64,000 nucleotides of DNA from Candidatus Eiseniibacteriota bacterium (GTDB lineage Bacteria > Eisenbacteria > RBG-16-71-46), in NCBI GenBank assembly GCA_963707915.1, contig OY970178.1, positions 608,001 through 672,000 on the forward strand. Direction: 5' to 3'. This document shows positions 55,760 through 64,000 of the stretch, in pieces (the stretch's first letter is position 1; every line of letters starts with the position of its first letter). The notes below the pieces were generated by a model. The model had not been told where the DNA came from, made no database searches, and saw only the letters and a program-made list of their open reading frames with translations. The translations under genes were made by a program, and so were the position numbers.

Positions 55760-57096
55760 GCTTCATCGGCCTGACGCACGACGAGGAGCGGCGCATGCTG
55801 GGGGAGATCGGTGTCGCGCGGTTCGAGGATCTGCTCGCGGCCATCCCGCGGGAGGTGCTGCTCGAGCGCCCGCCCGCGATCCCGGGCCCGCTGTCCGAGA
55901 TCGAGCTGCGCCGCCTGCTGGGGCGCTGGGCCAGCGAGAACCACGCCGCGGAGCTGGTCTCCTTCCAGGGGGGCGGGATCTACGACCACTGGATCCCCGC
56001 CGCGGTGGACGCGCTGGCGAGCCGTGCGGAGTTCGTCACCGCCTACACGCCCTACCAGCCCGAGGTCGCCCAGGGCACGCTGACCGCCATCTTCGAGTTC
56101 CAGAGCATGATGGCGGAGCTGACCGGTTGCGACGTCGCCAACGCCTCGATGTACGACGGGGCCACCGCGACCGCCGAGGCCGTGCTGCTCGCGCGGCGGC
56201 AGACCGGGCGCAAGCGCGTGGTGGTGGCGGGCATGGTTCACCCGCACACCCTGGCGGTGCTGCGCACCTACCTCGACCCGGCGGAGGTCTCGCACGTCGA
56301 GGACCCGTCGGGGCTCGCCGTCCCGGCGGGGCTGAAGTCTGCGCTCGGGCCGGACGCCGCCTGCCTGGTCTACCAGCAGCCGAACTTCCTCGGTCTGGTC
56401 GAGGACCCCGCGGCGTTGCACGCGCTCGCCCACGACGCCGGCGCGCTGGCCGTCGCGGTCTGCGACCCGGTCGCGCTCGCGCTGCTGGAGCCTCCGGGCC
56501 GCAGCGGCGCCGACCTCGTGGTGGGGGAGGCGCAGTGCCTGGGCAGCCCGATGTCGTTCGGCGGGCCGCTGCTCGGGTACTTCGCCGCGAAGCGCAGCCT
56601 GTTGCGCGCGCTGCCCGGCCGGCTCGTCGCGGAGACCGCCGACCAGCAGGGCCGTCGCGGCTTCGTCCTGACGCTGCAGACCCGGGAGCAGCACATCCGC
56701 CGCGAGAAGGCCACCTCGAACATCTGCACGAACCAGGCGCTGATGGCGCTGCGCGCCACCATCCACATGGGGCTGCTGGGCCGCCTCGGGATGCGCGAGG
56801 TGGCGGAGCTCTGCGTCCAGAAGAGCCACTACGCCGCACGGCTCGCCGCCGGGATCCCGGGCTATGCGCTCGCGTTCGCGGCACCCTTCTTCCGCGAGTT
56901 CGTCCTGCGCTGCCCGGTCGAAGCCCGCCGGGTGGTGGAGGCCGGCCTCGAGTTCGGCGTCAGCCCGGGGATCAACCTGGGACGGTTCCGCCCCGAGTGG
57001 CGGGACCTGCTGCTGGTCGCGGTGACGGAATCGCGGGATGCGGACGAGATCGACCGCTGGGCCCGGGCCCTGCGCAAGGCGGGAGGCGCGCGATGA
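55756..57096 (+). CDS. gcvPA: Glycine dehydrogenase subunit 1
   Basis: AYTPYQPEVAQG, NASMYDG, REQHIRREKATSNICTN. Confidence 0.97.
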   Translation: MSFIGLTHDEERRMLGEIGVARFEDLLAAIPREVLLERPPAIPGPLSEIELRRLLGRWASENHAAELVSFQGGGIYDHWIPAAVDALASRAEFVTAYTPYQPEVAQGTLTAIFEFQSMMAELTGCDVANASMYDGATATAEAVLLARRQTGRKRVVVAGMVHPHTLAVLRTYLDPAEVSHVEDPSGLAVPAGLKSALGPDAACLVYQQPNFLGLVEDPAALHALAHDAGALAVAVCDPVALALLEPPGRSGADLVVGEAQCLGSPMSFGGPLLGYFAAKRSLLRALPGRLVAETADQQGRRGFVLTLQTREQHIRREKATSNICTNQALMALRATIHMGLLGRLGMREVAELCVQKSHYAARLAAGIPGYALAFAAPFFREFVLRCPVEARRVVEAGLEFGVSPGINLGRFRPEWRDLLLVAVTESRDADEIDRWARALRKAGGAR

Positions 57097-58553
57097 CCAT
57101 GCCCCGCCGGTTGCTGATCGAGCAGGGCGGCGAAGGCCACCGCGGCCCGGCGCTGCCCGCGTGTGACGTGGAGCAGCGGCCGCTCGCGGAGTTGCTCCCG
57201 GGCGTCCCGTTGCGCGCGGATCTGCGCCTCCCGCAGGTGAGCGAGCCGGAGGTCGTGCGGCACTTCACCGAGCTCTCGACGCTCAACCACCACGTGGAGC
57301 GGGGGCTCTACCCGCTCGGCTCGTGCACGATGAAGTACAACCCGAAGATCGACGAGGAGCTCGCCGGGCTCCCGGGCTTCGCCCGGGCGCACCCGCTGGC
57401 GGGCGACGATGCCACCCAGGGCTGCCTGCGCGCGATGGTGGAGGTCCAGCGGCTGCTCGCCGAGGTCACCGGCTTCGCCGCGGTCACGACGCAACCTGCC
57501 GCCGGGGCGCACGGCGAGATGACCGGCCTGCTGCTGATGCGCGCGTACCACCGGTCGCGCGGTGAGGGCGAGAAGCGCCGCCGGGTGATCGTCCCCGACT
57601 CGGCGCACGGCACCAACCCGGCGAGCGTGAGCCTGGTCGGCTACGAGACCGTGGTGGTCCCGTCCGGGCCGGACGCGACCGTAGACCTCGACGCGCTCGC
57701 GAAGCAGCTCGACGACCGCACGGCGGCGGTGATGCTCACCGTGCCGAACACGGTCGGCCTGTTCGAGCCGCGGGTGCTCGAGGTGACGCGGCTGGCGCAC
57801 GCCGCGGGGGCGCAGTGCTACATGGACGGCGCCAACCTCAACGCCCTCGTCGGGCGCGTGCGGCCGGGCGACCTCGGCTTCGACGCCATGCACATCAACG
57901 TGCACAAGACCTTCTCGACCCCGCACGGCGGCGGCGGCCCCGGGGCCGGTCCCGTCGCGGTGGCCGCGCACCTCGAGCCGTTCCTGCCGACGCCGGTCGC
58001 GGCGGTCCGGCCGGACGGCCGATTGCGCCTCGACTGGGAGCGGCCGCTGTCGATCGGCCGCGTGCACTCCTTCAACGGGAACTTCGGCATCCTGCTGCGG
58101 GCGCTCGCCTACATGCTCTCGCTCGGCCCCGGCGGGCTGGCCGAGGTCAGCCGGGTGGCGATCCTGAACGCCAACTACCTGATGCGGCGGCTGGCGAAGA
58201 CCTACGACCTGCCGAACCCGCAGCACTGCATGCACGAGTTCGTGCTCTCGGGCCGCGGGCTCAGGAAGCACGGCGTGAAGACCCTCGACGTGGCGAAGCG
58301 GCTGCTGGACTTCGGCGTCCACGCCCCGACCGTCTACTTCCCGATGATCGTCGAGGAGGCGCTGATGATCGAGCCCACCGAGACCGAGACGCTCGACCGC
58401 CTCGATCACTTTGCCGCGAGCATGGAACGCATCGCCGCCGAGGCGGGGGAGGACGCCGAGCGGCTGCACCGGGCGCCCCTCACCACGCCCGTTGGCCGTC
58501 TCGACGAGGCCCGCGCCAGCCGCGAGCCCCGGCTCCGGTGGAGTGAACCGTAG
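57093..58553 (+). CDS. gcvPB: Glycine dehydrogenase subunit 2
   Basis: YPLGSCTMKYNP, SAHGTNPAS, HKTFSTPHGGGGPG, MIEPTETE. Confidence 0.97.
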   Translation: MTMPRRLLIEQGGEGHRGPALPACDVEQRPLAELLPGVPLRADLRLPQVSEPEVVRHFTELSTLNHHVERGLYPLGSCTMKYNPKIDEELAGLPGFARAHPLAGDDATQGCLRAMVEVQRLLAEVTGFAAVTTQPAAGAHGEMTGLLLMRAYHRSRGEGEKRRRVIVPDSAHGTNPASVSLVGYETVVVPSGPDATVDLDALAKQLDDRTAAVMLTVPNTVGLFEPRVLEVTRLAHAAGAQCYMDGANLNALVGRVRPGDLGFDAMHINVHKTFSTPHGGGGPGAGPVAVAAHLEPFLPTPVAAVRPDGRLRLDWERPLSIGRVHSFNGNFGILLRALAYMLSLGPGGLAEVSRVAILNANYLMRRLAKTYDLPNPQHCMHEFVLSGRGLRKHGVKTLDVAKRLLDFGVHAPTVYFPMIVEEALMIEPTETETLDRLDHFAASMERIAAEAGEDAERLHRAPLTTPVGRLDEARASREPRLRWSEP

Positions 58554-58587
58554 GGCCGAGACCCGCTGGGCGGGAGGGAAGGGAGAC

Positions 58588-59070
58588 TTGGCGCAAGGCG
58601 CAGGACGCGCTTCGCAGGGAGGGCGCTCCGCCGTGCCGGACACGACGCCGGCCACGGTGGAGTGGACCACCAGCCCGTGGCGGGACGATCCCGGCCGGGC
58701 GGCGGTCGTGGCCGCCGCGGCGCTGGCGCTGTGGCTGCTAGCCGCCTGGCTGCTGGCGGGAGAGCCCCTCCTCGTGCTGTTCCTGGGCCTGGCGGTGATC
58801 GTCGTCCTGGCGCCCGGCATGGTCCCGACCCGGTGCCGGGTCGACGCCGACGGCGTGGCCCGCCGGGTGCTCTTCGCCTGGGACCGCAGGGCGTGGCCGG
58901 ACATCCGGCGCGCCCGGGTGGACGTCCGCGGGCTCTTCGTCTCCCCGCTCGCGCGCAGCAGCCGCCTCGACCGTTACCGGGGCCTCTTCCTCCCCGTGCC
59001 GCGCCGGGCCGGGGAGCCGGGGACGCTGCTCGAAACGCTGCGGCGGGAACTGGGGCGGCATGGCCTCTGA
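58588..59070 (+). CDS. Hypothetical membrane protein (2 TM helices + small soluble domain)
   Basis: TTG after GGGAG; two TM helices, then PT.C.VD..GV, W..IR, SPL...SRLDRYRGLFL. Confidence 0.7.
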   Translation: MAQGAGRASQGGRSAVPDTTPATVEWTTSPWRDDPGRAAVVAAAALALWLLAAWLLAGEPLLVLFLGLAVIVVLAPGMVPTRCRVDADGVARRVLFAWDRRAWPDIRRARVDVRGLFVSPLARSSRLDRYRGLFLPVPRRAGEPGTLLETLRRELGRHGL

Positions 59071-59380
59071 CGCGCAGCCCCTGTCGGCGGGGGACCTGGA
59101 ACTGCTGGAGCGCGTGGCCGCGCGCGTGGTCGAGTTGCGCCTCGAGGTGCCGGCGGTCCTGGCCCTGGAGTCCGTCCGGCCGCTGTCGTTCGTCGCGGGT
59201 CAGGCGATGGTCTTCTTCCAGCCGCTGGTGCAGGCGTTCCTGCGCTTCGGCGACTACCGGCACTTCGCCGCGCTGATCGAGCGCCGCGAGACGCTCGACG
59301 CGCTGGCCACGCTCATCGAGCGCCGCGCGGCGGAGCCCCGGGCCGCGCGCGGCGCGCCGCGCCCCGGGAAGGCGTCGTGA
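59060..59380 (+). CDS. Small hypothetical protein
   Basis: Overlaps both neighbours; PAVLALESVRPLSFVAGQAMVFFQP..LIERRE. Confidence 0.75.
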   Translation: MASDAQPLSAGDLELLERVAARVVELRLEVPAVLALESVRPLSFVAGQAMVFFQPLVQAFLRFGDYRHFAALIERRETLDALATLIERRAAEPRAARGAPRPGKAS

Positions 59381-61221
59381 GCGGCCCCGCGGCGGTCCCC
59401 CGCCCCGAGGACGTCCAATCGATCCTCGCCACGGACTGCGGGTCCACCACCACGAAGGCGATCCTCATCGAGCGGCGCTACGACGTCTACCGGCTCATCG
59501 CGCGGGGCGAGGCGCCCACCACGGTCGAGGCCCCGTTCGAGGACGTGACGCGCGGTGTGCTGAACGCGGTGCGCGAGGTCGAGGAGCTCGTCGGCCGGCG
59601 CCTGCTGGACGGGGACGCCATCATCACCCCGATGCGACAGGGCGAGGGGGTCGACCTCTACGTCACGACCTCGAGCGCCGGCGGCGGGCTCCAGATGATG
59701 GTCTCGGGCCTGGTGCTGCAGATGACGGGAGAGAGCGCGCAGCGGGCGGCGCTGGGCGCAGGGGCGATCGTGATGGACGTCCTCGCGCTGAACGACGGGC
59801 GGCGGCCGCACGAGCGGATCCGGCTGCTGCGCCAGCTGCGGCCCGACATGATCCTGCTCTCCGGGGGCACGGACGGCGGGGACGTGCGGCGCGTGGCCGA
59901 GCTGGCCGAACTGCTGGTCGCCGCGGGCCCGAAGGCGCGGCTCGGCGCCGGCTACGAGCTCCCGGTGGTCTACGCGGGCAACCGCGACGCGGCGGGAGTG
60001 GTGCGCGACCTGGTGGAGCCGCGCGCCGCCCTCAAGGTGGTGGCGAACCTGCGGCCCGCGCTCGAGCGGGAGAACCTGCGGCCGGCGCGCGACGCGATCC
60101 ACGAGCTCTTCATGCAGCACGTCATGGCCCATGCCCCGGGCTACGCGCCGGCTGATGAGCTGGACGCCCGTGCCGGTCATGCCCACGCCCGCGGCGGTGG
60201 GGCTGCATGATCGAGCGGCTGGCGCGGCGCGACGCGCTATCCGTGCTGGGGGTGGACATCGGGGGAGCGACCACCGACGTGTTCTCGGTGTTCCCCGGGA
60301 GCGACGGGGAACCGACGTTCCACCGCACCGTGTCCGCCAACCTCGGGCATGAGCTACTCCATCTCGAACGTGATGGCCGAGGCCGGCCTCGAGAACATCC
60401 TGCGCTGGGTGCCGTTCCCGGTGGAGGAGTCGGCCCTGCGCAACCGGATCCGGAACAAGATGATCCGCCCCACGACCATCCCGCAGACCCTCGAGGACCT
60501 GGTCATCGAGCAGGCCGTCGCCCGCGAGGCGCTGCGGCTGGCGTTCGAACAGCACCGGACGCTGGCGGTGGGACTGAAGGGCGTGCAGCAGGAGCGCACG
60601 ATCTCCGAGGCGCTGCGCCAGTCGGCCGGCGGCGCCTCGATGGTGGACCTGCTGGGTCTCGGGCTCATCGTGGGCTCCGGCGGAGTGCTCTCGCACGCCC
60701 CGCGCCGCGTCCAGGCGGCGCTGATGATGGTGGACGCGTTCCTGCCGGAGGGCCTGACGCTGCTCGCCGTGGACAGCATCTTCATGATGCCCCAGCTGGG
60801 CGTGCTTTCCACCGTCCACCCGCAGGCCGCCGGCGAGGTCTTCGAGAACGATTGCCTGGTGCGGCTCGGCGCCGTGCTCGCCCCGATCGGCACCGGGCGC
60901 CCCGGCCAGCGGTGCGTCACGGTCGAGGTGAGCGGCCCGGACATGGCCCCGGTGAGCCGCCAGGTGGCTTTCGGGGAGATGGCACTGCTGCCGTTGCCGC
61001 CGGCGAGCGCGTTCGGACGGGTGAGCGCGGTCCCGGAGCGGGGGTTCGACCTCGGGGCCGGGCGCGGCCGGCCGGTGAGCGCCCGCATCCCGGGCGGGAG
61101 CGTGGGCCTCATCGTCGACGCGCGCGGCCGGCGGCCGTTCGAGCTGCCCCCGGCGGCCGCACGCATCGAACGGCTGCGAGCCTGGCACCACGCGCTCGCG
61201 CTCTATCCGCGGGAGGTCTGA
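59377..61221 (+). CDS. glmL: GlmL/MutL(glutamate mutase L)-like ASKHA ATPase, interrupted by three +1 frameshifts (about 613 aa when corrected)
   Basis: TDCGSTTTK, TSSAGGGL, LSGGTDGG and VDIGGATTDV motifs; extra bases near 60145, 60206 and 60346; removing them restores HAPGY..LMSW..PVMPTP.AVG and TVSANLGMSYS. Confidence 0.85.
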
Positions 61222-61223
61222 GC

Positions 61224-62349
61224 GTGGCGCACGCGTACACCCCCGGGCTTCGAGTGACCGCGCGGACGGTCACGCGCCGTGAGCGCCGGCTGCCCCTCAA
61301 GGGCCAGGTGCTGGTCCGGCTCGGGGACGCCGGTCGGGCCGCAGGACGTCGTGGCGCGGACCGAGCTGCCCGGGAACGTGCAGACCATCCACCTGGCCTC
61401 GCGGCTCGACGTGGACCCCGGCCGGGTCGCGGAGGTCCTGGTGAAGCGGGTGGGCTCCGACGTGCGCGCCGGCGAATTGATGGCCGAGACGCACGGGCTG
61501 TTCGGGTTCGCCCGGCGGAGCGTCGAGGCCCCGGCGGACGGCTTCATCGAGAGCGTGTCGTCCGTGACCGGGCTGCTCGTCCTGCGCGAGCCCGCGGTGC
61601 CGGTCGAGGTCAACGCCTACGTCCGCGGCGTCGTGGTCGACGTGCTGCCGGACGAGGGCGTGGTGGTGGAGGCGCGCGGGGCGCTCCTGCAGGGCATCTT
61701 CGGCGTGGGCGGCGAGGCCTGGGGCGCGGTCGCCGTGGCGGTGGATTCCCCCGACGCGGAGCTGACGCCCGCGCGGCTGCGGTCCGAGCACCGCGGGCAC
61801 GTCGTCGTGGGAGGCTCGTTCGTCACGCACGACGCGCTCATGCGGGCGCGCGAACTGGGCGTCGCGGCGGTGGTGGTGGGCGGTTTCGACGACGTCAGCC
61901 TGCGCCGCCTGCTCGGGCGCGAGCTCGGGGTGGCGATCACCGGCTCGGAGGACCTGGGCCTCACGCTCGTGCTCACCGAGGGGTTCGGCCGCATCCGGAT
62001 GTCCGACCGCGCCTGGGACCTGCTCGTCGAGCGCACCGGGCGGATGGCCTCGGTCAGCGGGGCGACGCAGATCCGCGCCGGCGTGCTGCGGCCGGAGGTG
62101 CTGATCCCGGAGTCCGACTCCGGAGCGGCGCCGGCCGACCGCGGCGCCGAGGTGGGGCTCTCGATCGGGTCACAGGTGCGGGTGATCCGCGAGCCGCACT
62201 TCGGGCGGGTCGGGCAGGTGGTGGAGTTGCCGTCCGAGCTGCGGCGGCTCGAGACCGAAGCGATGGTGCGGGTGCTGGTCATCGTCTTCCCGGAGGACGG
62301 AGAGCGCGCCCTGGTGCCGCGCGCCAACGTGGAGATCATCGCGACATGA
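61224..62349 (+). CDS. Hypothetical protein with barrel-sandwich-hybrid-like repeats and a C-terminal KOW-like motif, one +1 frameshift (about 374 aa)
   Basis: GTG after GGGAGG; MAHAYTPGL..RRLP..G.VLV..GD.V, APADG.I, QGIFGVGGE, LTEGFG, VRVIREPHFGRVG.V; extra base near 61331. Confidence 0.8.
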
Positions 62350-62369
62350 GCGCGCGACCCCCGGCGACT

Positions 62370-62399
62370 TTGACATGGACACCCCGTGGCCCCTACGTT
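62370..62399 (+). promoter_or_regulatory. Sigma70-type internal promoter upstream of the DUF6754 gene
   Basis: TTGACA (62370-62375) - 18 nt - TACGTT (62394-62399). Confidence 0.5.
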
Positions 62400-62483
62400 C
62401 CTCCGTCGTCCGCTGCGCATGCGCGACGCGCCGCGTCGGCGACGTGCGCTCCCCGGGGAGGTCGCGATGACGGGAGGGTCGGA

Positions 62484-63728
62484 GTGCTGGTCCGCAGCGG
62501 CCTGAAGGTCGCAGTCCTGGTGGCGGCGCTGTTCGCGTGCCCGGCCCGCGGCGAGGTGACGGCGATCGCCGGTGCGCCGCCGATCGTCGTGCCGGAACCC
62601 GCGGCCGCGAAGGCGCCGGCGGTGGAGCCGCCGGCCGGGGCCGTGCCGGTCCCGCGCGCCGCCCGGGGCCTGATCTGGCGGGACGTCCCCGACGACGCCG
62701 GGCGCGCGCTGGACCTGATCTGGGACCTCTCACCGGACGACGGGACGGCGCTGGTGAGCGGTTACCGGCTGATGCGCGCGGAGAGCCCGGGCGGGCCCTG
62801 GTCGGTGGTCGACTCGGTCGGCCCGGGCGTCACCAGCCTGCGCGACCAGTCGCCAGGCCTCCGGCGCGACATGGCCTACTTCTACCGGGTGGACGCGTGG
62901 GGCCCCGGCGGCGTCACCCCGGCCGGGAGCCTGACCGGGCCGGCGATCGCCACCTCGCAGTGGTTCAACAGCACCCGTTGGAGCGTGCTGGTGCTGACCA
63001 TGCTCTTCTTCGGCTTCGTCCTGTTCTCGATCCAGGGAGCGCAGGGCAGGAAGCAGTTCCTGCGGCGCATCCCCGGCATCGACGCCATCGAGGAGGCCAT
63101 CGGCCGGGCGACCGAGATGGGGCGCCCGGTGCTGTACGTGCCCGGCGTGCAGGACATCGACGACATGCAGACCGTGCAGTCGCTGATCATCCTCGAGAGC
63201 GTCGCGAAGACCACGGCCCGCTACGAGACGCCGATCAAGGTGCCGGTCACCTATCCGATCCCGTTCACGATCGCGCAGGAGATGGTGAAGAGCGGCTACG
63301 TCCACGCCGGCCGCCCGGACCGCTACGATCCGGAGAGCGTCCAGTTCGTCTCGCCCGAGCAGTTCGCCTACGTCGCCGCGATCAGCGGCGTGATGATGCG
63401 CGACAAGCCCGGCGCCCACATCTTCCTCGGGGCCTTCTTCGCCGAGTCGCTGCTGCTGGCCGAGGCGGGCCATGCGACCGGGGCGATCCAGGTCGCGGGC
63501 ACGGCCAACGCGGACCAGTTGCCGTTCTTCGTGGTGGCCTGCGACTACACGCTGATCGGCGAGGAGTTGTTCGCGGCCAGCGCGTACCTGTCGGGGGAGC
63601 CGAAGCTGGTGGGCAGCCTGAAGGGCGCCGACCTCATGAAGATCGTGATCATCGTGCTGGTCGTGTCCGGCTGCGTGCTCGAGACGTTCGGGCAGCACGC
63701 CCTCACGCACTGGCTGGTGACGCAGTAG
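62484..63728 (+). CDS. Signal peptide + fibronectin type III-like domain + TM + DUF6754 domain membrane protein
   Basis: GTG after GGGAGGG; L.W..S.DD..V.GY.L.R..YFYRV (FN3-like); RRIPGIDAIEEAIGRATEMGRPV, QFAY, AESLLLAE, CDYTLIGEELFAASAYLS. Confidence 0.8.
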   Translation: MLVRSGLKVAVLVAALFACPARGEVTAIAGAPPIVVPEPAAAKAPAVEPPAGAVPVPRAARGLIWRDVPDDAGRALDLIWDLSPDDGTALVSGYRLMRAESPGGPWSVVDSVGPGVTSLRDQSPGLRRDMAYFYRVDAWGPGGVTPAGSLTGPAIATSQWFNSTRWSVLVLTMLFFGFVLFSIQGAQGRKQFLRRIPGIDAIEEAIGRATEMGRPVLYVPGVQDIDDMQTVQSLIILESVAKTTARYETPIKVPVTYPIPFTIAQEMVKSGYVHAGRPDRYDPESVQFVSPEQFAYVAAISGVMMRDKPGAHIFLGAFFAESLLLAEAGHATGAIQVAGTANADQLPFFVVACDYTLIGEELFAASAYLSGEPKLVGSLKGADLMKIVIIVLVVSGCVLETFGQHALTHWLVTQ

Positions 63729-63738
63729 GAGGAGAGGA

Positions 63739-64000
63739 GTGAAGCGCGAGATCCCGCTGTTCCTGACCGCCGCGGTCGGCCTCTTCATGATCCTGTCGTT
63801 CTTCGTGCCGCACCAGGCGGTCAGCGTGCCGGCGGACTTCCTCCAGCAGAGCGCGATCATCATCGTCGCCTTCGGCATCGTGCTGGGCGGCGCGAACCTG
63901 CTCCGGGTGAACCTCGAGGCGGTGGCCCGGCGCCAGCCGGGCTGGATGTACAAGCTGGTCCTGGTCGCGGCACTGGTCGGGACGGTCGCGGTGGGACTCA
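63739..64000 (+). CDS. Hypothetical polytopic membrane protein, 5' part (runs off window)
   Basis: GTG after AGGAGGAGAGGA; MKREIPLFLTAAVGLFMILSFFVPH..IIIVAFGIVLGGANLL..GWMYKLVLVAAL, three hydrophobic segments. Confidence 0.8.
   Translation, partial: MKREIPLFLTAAVGLFMILSFFVPHQAVSVPADFLQQSAIIIVAFGIVLGGANLLRVNLEAVARRQPGWMYKLVLVAALVGTVAVGL

Noticed and set aside
59377..61221. DNA mismatch repair MutL, or programmed frameshifting
   Set aside because: The name overlap with glutamate mutase MutL/GlmL is coincidental and no GHKL motifs are present; there are no slippery sites, and three successive recoding events are implausible
60207..63728. 1173-aa ORF in the provided track
   Set aside because: Chimera: the frame stays open by chance and strings together a glmL fragment, the start of the next gene and the DUF6754 gene, separated by off-frame Arg/Gly/Ala-rich sequence

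Overview
Very GC-rich, densely coding chromosomal region of a diderm (LPS-making) bacterium. The bifunctional LpxC-FabZ, the Bacteroidota-style TonB module and the mcsA-mcsB-clpC-bamA order suggest an FCB-related lineage (inference only). Gene order: end of asd, orphan ecfT, truA, htrA; a long envelope superoperon (lysS-lolC/E-lolD-mcsA-mcsB-clpC-bamA-skp-lpxD-lpxC/fabZ-lpxA-Gfo/Idh/MocA-lpxB-DUF374-waaA-lpxK-nadB, then Minf_1886-like-msbA-GT9, proS-waaF-GT4N/gmhB fusion); a minus-strand TPR membrane protein + DUF4388/pseudopilin-like pair; asnS; a frameshifted GT-C-like membrane gene; a PstS-like/TPR/STAS/ExbB/ExbD/ExbD/TonB module; a Yip1-TolC-MacA-MacB-type exporter with an ECF-like promoter; uvrA-tdh; gcvT-H-PA-PB. 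Directly after gcv lies the best candidate for an undescribed system: two small hypothetical genes, a GlmL-like ASKHA ATPase with no glutamate mutase in the window, a barrel-sandwich/KOW protein, an FN3-DUF6754 membrane protein and a further membrane gene running off the window. Five single-base frameshifts are visible and are probably assembly errors. No rRNA, tRNA, CRISPR array or mobile element was recognised. All family assignments come from motif recognition by eye, not from database searches.
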